From positions 1 to 22,357 of the forward strand of contig JAIPHU010000015.1 in NCBI GenBank assembly GCA_021735045.1: 22,357 nt of DNA, in the 5' to 3' direction. This document shows positions 6,498-14,696 of this stretch, piece by piece; position 1 is the first letter of the stretch, and the number at the start of each line of letters is the position of its first letter. A program made the position numbers and the translations under genes. The notes beneath the pieces were generated by a model. The model saw only the letters and a list, made by a program, of their open reading frames with translations, had not been told where the DNA came from and ran no database searches. This stretch comes from Candidatus Omnitrophota bacterium (GTDB lineage: Bacteria > Omnitrophota > Gorgyraeia > Duberdicusellales > 4484-171).

Positions 6498-6996
6498 TTT
6501 TTAATACTATCTTCCAAAAATAGTCCCAATGCTGATCTCTAAAATAAGAAAAAGGAAACTTATATTGATAAACTAACTCTTGTTCTATCTCAGCTTTAGT
6601 TAGATATCTTTTTACTGTAAAATCTCCTTGTTTATCAGATATTGGTTCATAGATTAGGTTAAATATGTAGTCCCAATCATCTTGATTCAATGTTTTTACA
6701 AATTGGTCGGGGAAAAAATTTTCTAGTTTTGTTTTTGCAACCAGTAAAGACATCGGCGGTTTTCTGGGATGAATGACTTCTTTTTTACCGGTCATCCACT
6801 CTTCTTTAGGAACAGGGATATCATAGTCCATTTTGATATTATGTTTTTTTACTTGACTCCACCGTTTTATGTATTGGATAAGATTTTCTGCTTTGTTTCG
6901 GTAAGTTTGATAAAAAGGACTATCCTTAAACGCAATAGCACCAAAGACTAACAAGGCAATAACTGCAATAAAAATTATAGTGCCTAGATACCTCAT
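6490..6996 (-). CDS. Hypothetical N-terminally membrane-anchored protein
   Basis: 168 aa. One TM helix (LGTIIFIAVIALLVFGAIAF) is followed by a W/Y/F-rich soluble part. I recognise no family. It overlaps leuA by 4 bp (ATGA) and aroE by 8 bp. Confidence 0.7.
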   Translation of the reverse strand: MRYLGTIIFIAVIALLVFGAIAFKDSPFYQTYRNKAENLIQYIKRWSQVKKHNIKMDYDIPVPKEEWMTGKKEVIHPRKPPMSLLVAKTKLENFFPDQFVKTLNQDDWDYIFNLIYEPISDKQGDFTVKRYLTKAEIEQELVYQYKFPFSYFRDQHWDYFWKIVLKNG

Positions 6997-8504
6997 GCAA
7001 CTCGATTAATTGCATCTAGATAAGCCTTTACTGAAGCTTCTAGAATATCTGTACTTGAACCTCGGCCAACTATTAGCCTACCTTTAGCTTTTAGCTCTAC
7101 TTTAGCCCGGCCTTGGGCGTCTTTACCTTTAGTTACTGCATCTAATTTATAGTTAAGGAGCTTGGCTTTAACACCGGTAAGCTTATCGATTGCTTTATAA
7201 CATGAATCAACCGGGCCATCCCCGTAAGCTTTAGCTTCTAAAACTTTTCTCTTGTGCCTAATCTTAACTGAAGCTTGAGGTGAAACATCTGTCCCGGTAT
7301 TAATTGCTACAAAAACCAACTTATAAGCCTGAGTCCTTGGTTTTGTCTCTTCTTCTGCTAAGGCGATCAAATCATCATCAAAAACTTCTTTCTTTTTATC
7401 CGCTAAGTTTTTAAACTTCTTAAATAATAAATCATTTTTTTTCTTCTCAAATGTAAATCCTAACTTTTTTAGCCTTTTAGCCAAAGCATGACGGCCAGAA
7501 TGTTTTCCTAAAACAAGCTGGCTTTTATCCAAACCTACATCTTTAGGATCCATTATCTCATAAGTGCTTCTTTTCTTAAGCACTGCATCTTGATGAATGC
7601 CTGCTTCATGGGCAAAGGCGTTCCGGCCGACTATAGATTTATTAGGAGCAACTGTAAAACCAGTAAGATTGCTCACTAGGCGAGAAATTCTAGCTATTTC
7701 TTGAGAGTTAACATCTAACTTAAAGTTAGAAAATACATCTTTTCTAGTCTTAATTGCCATGACCACTTCTTCTAAAGAGGCATTTCCGGCCCGTTCACCG
7801 ATTCCATTTATAGTGCAATGAGCTTGTCTAGCTCCGGCTGAAAGTGCCGCCAAAGAGTTAGCTGTAGCCATACCCAAATCATCATGGCAATGGATAGAGA
7901 TAACAGCTTTATTGATGTTGGGAACATTGTTTTTTATATCTGAAATCAAGGAACTTATCTCTTGAGGATAACTGTAACCTACTGTATCGGGAATATTAAT
8001 AGTTTTAGCACCACAGTTAATAGCAGCTTCAATCACCTGATAAAGAAACTCCTTTGAACTTCGGGTTGCATCTTCAGGTGAAAACTCAATATCCCCGCAC
8101 TTACTTCTAGCTAGCTTGGTATATTTTTTAGTTAGAGTTAAAATTTCTTCTTTAGCTTTTCTAAACTTATATTTAAGATGTATCCCTGAAGTAGCAAGAA
8201 AAATATGAATCCGGGGTTTTTTAGCTTTTTTTAGAGATTTTGCAGCTGCTTCTATATCTTTTTTCGTACAGCGAGCTAACCCACAAACAGAACTTTTTTT
8301 TATTTTACTGGATATATTGCTAACCGCTTTAAAATCATCCGGGCTTGCAACCGGAAAACCAGCTTCAATTACATCTACTCCCAAATTTTCTAATTGGTAG
8401 GCAATTTCAAGTTTTTGGATAGAAGTTAGAGAGGCACCGGGAGCTTGCTCTCCATCGCGCAAGGTAGTATCAAATATAAATATTTTTTCTTTTTTTTTAC
8501 TCAT
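6993..8504 (-). CDS. leuA: 2-isopropylmalate synthase
   Basis: 503 aa. It has FDTTLRDGEQAPG, HCHDDLGMATAN, and a C-terminal LeuA-dimer-type regulatory domain. Confidence 0.92.
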   Translation of the reverse strand: MSKKKEKIFIFDTTLRDGEQAPGASLTSIQKLEIAYQLENLGVDVIEAGFPVASPDDFKAVSNISSKIKKSSVCGLARCTKKDIEAAAKSLKKAKKPRIHIFLATSGIHLKYKFRKAKEEILTLTKKYTKLARSKCGDIEFSPEDATRSSKEFLYQVIEAAINCGAKTINIPDTVGYSYPQEISSLISDIKNNVPNINKAVISIHCHDDLGMATANSLAALSAGARQAHCTINGIGERAGNASLEEVVMAIKTRKDVFSNFKLDVNSQEIARISRLVSNLTGFTVAPNKSIVGRNAFAHEAGIHQDAVLKKRSTYEIMDPKDVGLDKSQLVLGKHSGRHALAKRLKKLGFTFEKKKNDLLFKKFKNLADKKKEVFDDDLIALAEEETKPRTQAYKLVFVAINTGTDVSPQASVKIRHKRKVLEAKAYGDGPVDSCYKAIDKLTGVKAKLLNYKLDAVTKGKDAQGRAKVELKAKGRLIVGRGSSTDILEASVKAYLDAINRVA

Positions 8505-8524
8505 CTCTACTTTAACCTTTATCC

Positions 8525-9514
8525 TTATTTAATCCAAGGCATCATCTTTCTTAACTTTTGCCCTATCTTTTCAATTAGATGTTTTTCTTCTTTAATCTTT
8601 AAAGCCTTATATACCGGACGTTTAGCTTGATTTTCTAAGATCCATTCACGAGAAAACTCTCCTGACTGAATCTCGCCCAATATTTTTTTCATCTGGTCTT
8701 TGACCCTGTCATCTATAACTCGACGGCCACGGGTAAGATCACCGTATTCAGCAGTATCAGAAACGACCTTTCTCATCCCGCCAATACCTTTTTTATAAAC
8801 TAAATCAGTAATTAGCTTTAGTTCATGCAAACATTCAAAATAAGCAATCTCTGGTTGATATCCTGCTTCAACTAAAGTTTCAAAACCTTTCTGGATTAAC
8901 TTAGTAACTCCCCCACATAAAACAACTTGCTCACCAAATAAATCAGTTTCTGTTTCTTCAGAGAAAGTAGTTTCTAAAACACCGGCTCTCATTCCTCCGA
9001 TAGCCTTAGCATAAGAAAGAGCTATCTTTTTAGCTTTTTTGGTGGCATCTTGATAAACTGCAATCAAACAAGGAACACCCTGCTTTGCTTCATACATCTC
9101 CCTAACCAATGTTCCCGGCCCTTTAGGAGCAACCATATACACATCTACTCCCTTCGGCGGAACTATTTGGTGAAAATGGATATTAAAACCATGGGAAAAA
9201 CCTAAAGCATTACCTTTTTTTAAGTTAGGTTCAATTTGTTCTTTATAAACTTTAGCCTGTACTGTATCCGGGGTCAAAATATGGATAAGATCGGCCTTTT
9301 TTGCGGCAACTGCTGCATCCATTGGTTCAAACCCGTCCTTTTTGGCTTGTTTGTAGTTATCTGTACCTTTGAGCTCTGATACCACTACTTTAACTTTTGA
9401 ATCTTTTAAGTTTAAAGCCTGGGCTCTTCCTTGTGCCCCATATCCAATAACTGCAACTGTTTTTTTTGTTAATGCATTAGATTTTAAATCTTTATCATAA
9501 TATACTTTCGCCAT
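8525..9514 (-). CDS. ilvC: Ketol-acid reductoisomerase (class I)
   Basis: 329 aa. It has [16 protein letters not shown] and the typical C-terminal knotted-domain motifs. The SD AAAGGAGGG lies upstream. Confidence 0.95.
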   Translation of the reverse strand: MAKVYYDKDLKSNALTKKTVAVIGYGAQGRAQALNLKDSKVKVVVSELKGTDNYKQAKKDGFEPMDAAVAAKKADLIHILTPDTVQAKVYKEQIEPNLKKGNALGFSHGFNIHFHQIVPPKGVDVYMVAPKGPGTLVREMYEAKQGVPCLIAVYQDATKKAKKIALSYAKAIGGMRAGVLETTFSEETETDLFGEQVVLCGGVTKLIQKGFETLVEAGYQPEIAYFECLHELKLITDLVYKKGIGGMRKVVSDTAEYGDLTRGRRVIDDRVKDQMKKILGEIQSGEFSREWILENQAKRPVYKALKIKEEKHLIEKIGQKLRKMMPWIK

Positions 9515-9526
9515 TCTTGCCCTCCT

Positions 9527-9997
9527 TTATTTACCCATTGCAATCTTGCCGGTTCGCACCAGCTCTTTAATCTTAAACTTTTTTAAATTCTTGAAAATAT
9601 CTTCGATTTGGCTTCTATCTGCACAAATCTCAATAATCTTGTAATCTTTTTTATCTTCGATAACTCTTACTGACTTATTTTTGGCTAGTTTGCCAAGGTC
9701 TAATTGTTTTTTATCTTTTTTTAACTTTACCAATATTAACTCTCTATCAATATATTCACGCCGAGTAAAATCAATAACCGTAACTACATCAATCAGCTTA
9801 TGCAGCTGTTTTTTTATCTGCTCGAGTATTCCTTCGTCTTGAGCGTTTACCACAATAGTCATGCAAGACACTGTAGGATCTTGAGTTTCACCTACCGCCA
9901 AAGAGGCAATATTATAACCTCGAGCGCTAAATAATGAAGCGATCCTGGCTAACACTCCAAACTTATTCTCAACTAATGCTTGTATTGTGTGTTTCAT
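9527..9997 (-). CDS. ilvN: Acetolactate synthase small (regulatory) subunit
   Basis: 156 aa. The N-terminus is ACT-type (LVENKFGVLARIASLFSARGYNI). It lies directly downstream of ilvB. Confidence 0.92.
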   Translation of the reverse strand: MKHTIQALVENKFGVLARIASLFSARGYNIASLAVGETQDPTVSCMTIVVNAQDEGILEQIKKQLHKLIDVVTVIDFTRREYIDRELILVKLKKDKKQLDLGKLAKNKSVRVIEDKKDYKIIEICADRSQIEDIFKNLKKFKIKELVRTGKIAMGK

Positions 9998-10027
9998 TTT
10001 ACTTTAACCTTTAACCTTTAACCTTAT

Positions 10028-11716
10028 TTAAGCCATGCCTCCAATCATCCGATTAATCGCTTCACCAGCCGGAACCATGGGAAATACATTTTCTTCTTCT
10101 TCAATCCAAAAATCAGCTACAACTGCTTCTTTTGACTCAAGAATCTCTTTAATCGCTTTTTTAACTTCAGTTTTTTTCTTTATTCTTAAACCCTTAACCC
10201 CATAGCCTTGGGCTATCTTGACAAAATCAGGATTTTTCAATGGAGTAGCAGAATACCTTTTTTCATAAAAGATCTCCTGCCATTGCCGCACCATTCCTAG
10301 GCAATTATTATTTAAGATAATAACTTTAACTGCTATCCCATAGGTAGCCAATGTAGCTAACTCTTGGATATTCATCTGAAAAGATCCGTCTCCAGCAACA
10401 ACTATAACTTCTTTCTTAGGATTAGCGACCTTAGCCCCAATTGCAGCCGGAAAACCATAACCCATTGTGCCTAACCCCCCGCTGGATAAAAATTTATGGG
10501 GATAGTTAAACTTATAAAATTGAGCTGACCACATCTGGTTTTGCCCAACTTCTGTAGAAACTATTGCCTTACCTTTAGTTTGTTTGTAAATTTCTTCAAT
10601 TATATATTGAGGCATAAGCCTAACTCTCTTTTTTTGATCATAAGTTAAAGGATATTTACTCTTCCACTCCTTTATCTTTTTATGCCAAGAAGTTAAATCA
10701 GGCAATTTTTTCTCATCTATCTCTTGAGTCAACTGGCCCAATATATTTTTAGCATCACCTACAATAGGCACATCAACTTTTATATTTTTACTAATTGAAG
10801 TAGGATCAATATCAATATGAATAATCTTTGCATCCGGAGCAAAAGCATCAACCTTACCGGTAATCCGGTCATCAAAACGGCAGCCAATCGAGATTAAAAG
10901 ATCCGAATCAGTAATCGCCATATTTGCATAAACGGTACCGTGCATCCCCGGCATCCCTAAAAACATATCCTCTTTAGCCGGAAATCCACCTAAGCCCATA
11001 AGAGTAGCCGTAACCGGAGCCTTAATCTTTTTAGCAAAATCAACAGTTTCTTTGTTAGCAGAAGATGAGACTACCCCTCCGCCAGCTATAACCACTGGTT
11101 TTTTTGCTTTATAGATGGTCCGTAAAGCTTTTTTAATTTGTCCGGGATGGCCAAAAAGAGTTGGATTATAGCTGCGTAACTCTACTTTTTCCGGATAGCT
11201 AAATTCGGCTTCCTGCATCTGAATATCTACCGGTAAATCAATAACAACCGGCCCAGGCCTTCCGGTTGAAGCTATATAGAAAGCTTCTTTTATAGTTTTG
11301 GCCAACTCTTTTATATCTTTTACTAAATAGTTGTGTTTTGAGATTGAACGGGTGATTCCGGTTACATCAGCTTCTTGAAAAGCATCATTTCCAATCAAAG
11401 AAGTTTTAACTTGCCCGGTTATTGCAACCATAGGAATTGAATCCATATAAGCTGTAGCAATACCGGTAGTAAGGTTGGTTGCGCCCGGTCCAGAGGTAGC
11501 AACGCAGACTCCAACCTCTCCAGTTGAACGTGCATAACCATCAGCCATATGGGCTGCACCCTGTTCATGCCTGGCCAAATAAAACTTAATTGACTCTCCA
11601 TAAAGGCTGTCAAATAAGGGAATAACCGAGCCTCCGGGATAACCAAAAATTACTTTGACCCCTTCTTTTTTTAAACTTTCAATTATAATCTGTGAACCTT
11701 TTAATTTTTTATTCAT
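10028..11716 (-). CDS. ilvB: Acetolactate synthase large (catalytic) subunit, ThDP/FAD-dependent
   Basis: 562 aa. It has the GYPGGSVIP and HEQGAAHMADGYAR blocks and the GDGSFQMN ThDP motif. Confidence 0.95.
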   Translation of the reverse strand: MNKKLKGSQIIIESLKKEGVKVIFGYPGGSVIPLFDSLYGESIKFYLARHEQGAAHMADGYARSTGEVGVCVATSGPGATNLTTGIATAYMDSIPMVAITGQVKTSLIGNDAFQEADVTGITRSISKHNYLVKDIKELAKTIKEAFYIASTGRPGPVVIDLPVDIQMQEAEFSYPEKVELRSYNPTLFGHPGQIKKALRTIYKAKKPVVIAGGGVVSSSANKETVDFAKKIKAPVTATLMGLGGFPAKEDMFLGMPGMHGTVYANMAITDSDLLISIGCRFDDRITGKVDAFAPDAKIIHIDIDPTSISKNIKVDVPIVGDAKNILGQLTQEIDEKKLPDLTSWHKKIKEWKSKYPLTYDQKKRVRLMPQYIIEEIYKQTKGKAIVSTEVGQNQMWSAQFYKFNYPHKFLSSGGLGTMGYGFPAAIGAKVANPKKEVIVVAGDGSFQMNIQELATLATYGIAVKVIILNNNCLGMVRQWQEIFYEKRYSATPLKNPDFVKIAQGYGVKGLRIKKKTEVKKAIKEILESKEAVVADFWIEEEENVFPMVPAGEAINRMIGGMA

Positions 11717-11763
11717 AATTTTTTACTTTTTTTTACTTTTTTATTTGTCTTTAATATCTTACG

Positions 11764-11791
11764 ATTATATCACCGGCTTCTAAAAAAACAA
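11764..11791 (-). promoter_or_regulatory. Candidate sigma70 promoter with extended -10 for the ilvB operon
   Basis: The minus strand reads TTGTTT (11791-11786), a 16-nt spacer, then TGA-TATAAT (-10 at 11769-11764). The leader to the ATG at 11716 is A-rich and lacks a Shine-Dalgarno. Confidence 0.45.
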
Positions 11792-11800
11792 CACTAATTC

Positions 11801-11859
11801 GTTCTACGTTCTACGTTTAATAATTTTTAACATTGAATATCGCACGTTGAACGTCGAAC
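11801..11859 (-). terminator. Long imperfect hairpin built from tandem heptamers, downstream of cimA (possible terminator or operator array)
   Basis: On the minus strand GTTCGACGTTCAACGT pairs with ACGTAGAACGTAGAAC (14 of 16 bp, 27-nt loop). A T7 run follows about 12 nt later, so the geometry is not canonical. Confidence 0.4.
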
Positions 11860-11865
11860 AAAAAG

Positions 11866-13443
11866 CTATCGGCTGCTTTTAAGCAGTTTGTATTCAACCG
11901 AGTCAACTAAAGCTTGCCAAGAAGCCTCTATTATATTTTCAGAAACCCCAATCGTGGTCCATTTCTCCTGGCTGTCTTGAGACTGGATAAGCACCCTTAC
12001 TTTAGCAGCCGTGCCTTCTGTTGCATCAAGAACTCTTACCTTAAAGTCAGTAAGATGCATCTGAAAAAGTTGAGGATAAGAACCTACTAAAGCTTTCCTT
12101 AAAGCTTTGTCTAAGGCATTTACCGGGCCATCTCCTTCGGCAGCAGTATGCTCTAGCTTTTTGCCAATCTTTAACTTTATAGTTGCTTCAGAGATTAACT
12201 GATTATCTTCCCGCTTTTCGATGATTACCTTAAAACCCAAAAGCGTAAAAAATTTCTTTATCTTTTTCAACTTTTTCTGGAGCAAAAGCTTAAAAGACCC
12301 TTCGGCTGCTTCAAATTGATAACCTTCCTTTTCCAGCCTCTGAACTAACTTATGAATATCTTTTGCTTTCTTTGATTTTTTATCTAAATCAACTTCTAAC
12401 TCTTTAGCCTTGGTAACTAAAGTAGACTTTCCGGCTAGTTCTGAAACAACAAATCTACGCTTGTTTCCCACTAACTTAGGCTCGATGTGCTCATAGGCTA
12501 AAGGGTTTTTAATTACTGCATCAATATGAACTCCTCCTTTATGCGCAAAAGCACTTCTTCCTACAAAAGGATAGTTGTCTCTGTGGACCATATTACAAAC
12601 TTCACTGACATAGTAAGAAAGATGCTGAAGGTCATTAATTTTCCTTGAACAACTGATTGCCTTATTCATCTTTGTCTTTAAGATTGGAACTATCGTAGTT
12701 AGATTAGCATTACCGCATCTTTCTCCATAACCGTTGATTGACCCCTGAATCTGGCTGCAATCTTGATCAGCTACAATCAAAGAATTAGCCACAGCTGTTC
12801 CTAGGTCATTATGGCAGTGAATACCGTAACTTTTTAACCCTAACTTTTCTTTTACCTCTTGGCTAATAGTTTTAATTTCCCAAGGTAAAGTCCCTCCGTT
12901 GGTATCACAAAAAATAATTAAATCTGCTCCGGCTTGTTGAGCCGCCTTTATAGTTTTAATTGCATATTTGGGATTATTTTTATAACTATCAAAAAAATGC
13001 TCAGCATCATAAAAAACTTTCTTCTTTTTTTTCTTTAAAAATTCTACACTTTTGCTGATCAACTTTACATTTTTGGCTAAACTAATCCTTAATACTTCTT
13101 CTACATGCAAATCCCAGCTTTTTCCAAAAATAGTAACATATTCTGTACCAGCTTTAACTAGGCTTAGAAGATTTTTATCTTTACTCGGGATTTTAGCTGG
13201 GTGAGCAGTTGAACCAAAAGGAACTACTTTGGACCTTTTTAGTTTATGTTTTTTAAAATAAGCAAAAAAATCAGTATCTTTTGGATTTGAGTATGGCCAG
13301 CCGCCTTCGATAAAATCAATCCCAAAACTATCTAATCTTTTCGCAATGGCAATCTTATCTTCTAAAGATAAAGATATACCTTCGGTTTGGGCCCCATCGC
13401 GTAAAGTAGTATCGTAGATAGATATTTTTTTCTTTAGACTCAT
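11866..13443 (-). CDS. cimA: (R)-citramalate synthase (LeuA-family, CimA type)
   Basis: 525 aa. It has YDTTLRDGAQTEG instead of the LeuA GEQ block, and IEGGWPYSNPKD, which is characteristic of the CimA clade. HCHNDLGTAVAN and a C-terminal regulatory domain are present. Confidence 0.82.
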   Translation of the reverse strand: MSLKKKISIYDTTLRDGAQTEGISLSLEDKIAIAKRLDSFGIDFIEGGWPYSNPKDTDFFAYFKKHKLKRSKVVPFGSTAHPAKIPSKDKNLLSLVKAGTEYVTIFGKSWDLHVEEVLRISLAKNVKLISKSVEFLKKKKKKVFYDAEHFFDSYKNNPKYAIKTIKAAQQAGADLIIFCDTNGGTLPWEIKTISQEVKEKLGLKSYGIHCHNDLGTAVANSLIVADQDCSQIQGSINGYGERCGNANLTTIVPILKTKMNKAISCSRKINDLQHLSYYVSEVCNMVHRDNYPFVGRSAFAHKGGVHIDAVIKNPLAYEHIEPKLVGNKRRFVVSELAGKSTLVTKAKELEVDLDKKSKKAKDIHKLVQRLEKEGYQFEAAEGSFKLLLQKKLKKIKKFFTLLGFKVIIEKREDNQLISEATIKLKIGKKLEHTAAEGDGPVNALDKALRKALVGSYPQLFQMHLTDFKVRVLDATEGTAAKVRVLIQSQDSQEKWTTIGVSENIIEASWQALVDSVEYKLLKSSR

Positions 13444-14696
13444 TTTTTTCCTCTCTTTTTTTTCTTATTTAACTCAAATTCTTTATGTAATATTTTTAAA
13501 GCTTTTAACCCAGACTCTTTTTTAACCAAACAAGATATACTGATCTCTGAAGTAGAGATCATATCAATATTTATCTTATTTTTAGCTAAAGCTGAAAAAC
13601 ATCTTGCTGCAACTCCAGAATGGCTTCTCATTCCAATTCCGGCTACAGAAATTTTAGCAATATTTTTATTGCTGATAACATTACCGGCTCCTATTTCTTT
13701 AGCAACTTCTTTAGTTTTAGTTATAGTTTTTTTTAATCCGTTACTATCAACTGTAAAAGAAATATCAGTCATCTTCTTGCGGCTGACATTTTGAACAATC
13801 ATATCAATATTTACTCCGGATTGAGCTAATTTATCAAAGACAAAAGCTGCAATACCAGGCTTATCTGGAACATCACAAACAGTAATTTTTGCTTCATCTT
13901 TTGTTAAAGTCACCCCCCTTACAATAACTTCTTCAATAAGCGGTGGTTTTTCCATAATTATAGTTCCCTCCTTTTTAGAAAAGCTACTTCTTACATGCAG
14001 CCGTAAATTGAACTTTTTTGCAACTTCAATTGCTCTGGTATGCATCACTTGAGCCCCTGATGAAGCTAATTCCAACATCTCATCAAAAGTAATAAAGGGA
14101 AGTTTTCTTGCATCTTCTAGCTTTCTAGGGTCAGCAGTATAGATTCCCTCTACATCTGTATATATCTCACAAACTTCTGCACCCAAAGAAACCGCTAGGG
14201 CAACTGCGCTTAAGTCAGAACCGCCTCTACCTAAAGTAGTTATTTCTAAAGCAGTGCTAACCCCTTGAAAACCAGCTACAATAACAATTTTTCCTTTCTT
14301 TAGCTGTTTTTTAATTCTCTTTGCTTCAATCTTTAAGATTTTAGCTTGAGTATGATAGGTATCGGTAATAATACCTACCTGGGGCCCGGTAAACGAAAGC
14401 GCTTCAAAACCCCTTTTGTGAATTGCCATAGCTAAAAGAGACGAGCTAACCTGTTCGCCGGTTGAAACTAACATATCCATCTCTCTTTCCGAAGGTTCAG
14501 GGTTTATCTTTTTAGCTAACTCAATTAAGCTATCTGTGCTTTTACCCATTGCCGAAATTACCACAACCACCTTTTTGCCTGATTTAGCAGAAGCGATAAC
14601 CCTTTCGGCAACTTTTTCAATACTAGCTTGGTCAGCCACTGAACTGCCACCGTATTTTTGTACGACTACATTTTTATTTTTTTTCTTTGAAATCAT
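13440..14696 (-). CDS. lysC: Aspartate kinase with two C-terminal ACT domains
   Basis: 418 aa. It has VQKYGGSSV, the GRGGSD and TDVEGIYTADPR blocks, and tandem ACT domains. It overlaps cimA and cstA by 4 bp each. Confidence 0.93.
   Translation of the reverse strand: MISKKKNKNVVVQKYGGSSVADQASIEKVAERVIASAKSGKKVVVVISAMGKSTDSLIELAKKINPEPSEREMDMLVSTGEQVSSSLLAMAIHKRGFEALSFTGPQVGIITDTYHTQAKILKIEAKRIKKQLKKGKIVIVAGFQGVSTALEITTLGRGGSDLSAVALAVSLGAEVCEIYTDVEGIYTADPRKLEDARKLPFITFDEMLELASSGAQVMHTRAIEVAKKFNLRLHVRSSFSKKEGTIIMEKPPLIEEVIVRGVTLTKDEAKITVCDVPDKPGIAAFVFDKLAQSGVNIDMIVQNVSRKKMTDISFTVDSNGLKKTITKTKEVAKEIGAGNVISNKNIAKISVAGIGMRSHSGVAARCFSALAKNKINIDMISTSEISISCLVKKESGLKALKILHKEFELNKKKKRGKK

Noticed and set aside
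11790-11835. 9-codon ORF (MLKIIKRRT) as a branched-chain leader peptide for ilvB attenuation
   Set aside because: It lies in the loop of the heptamer hairpin upstream of the best promoter candidate. It has no RBS and only two Ile and one Leu codon, which is not a convincing regulatory run.
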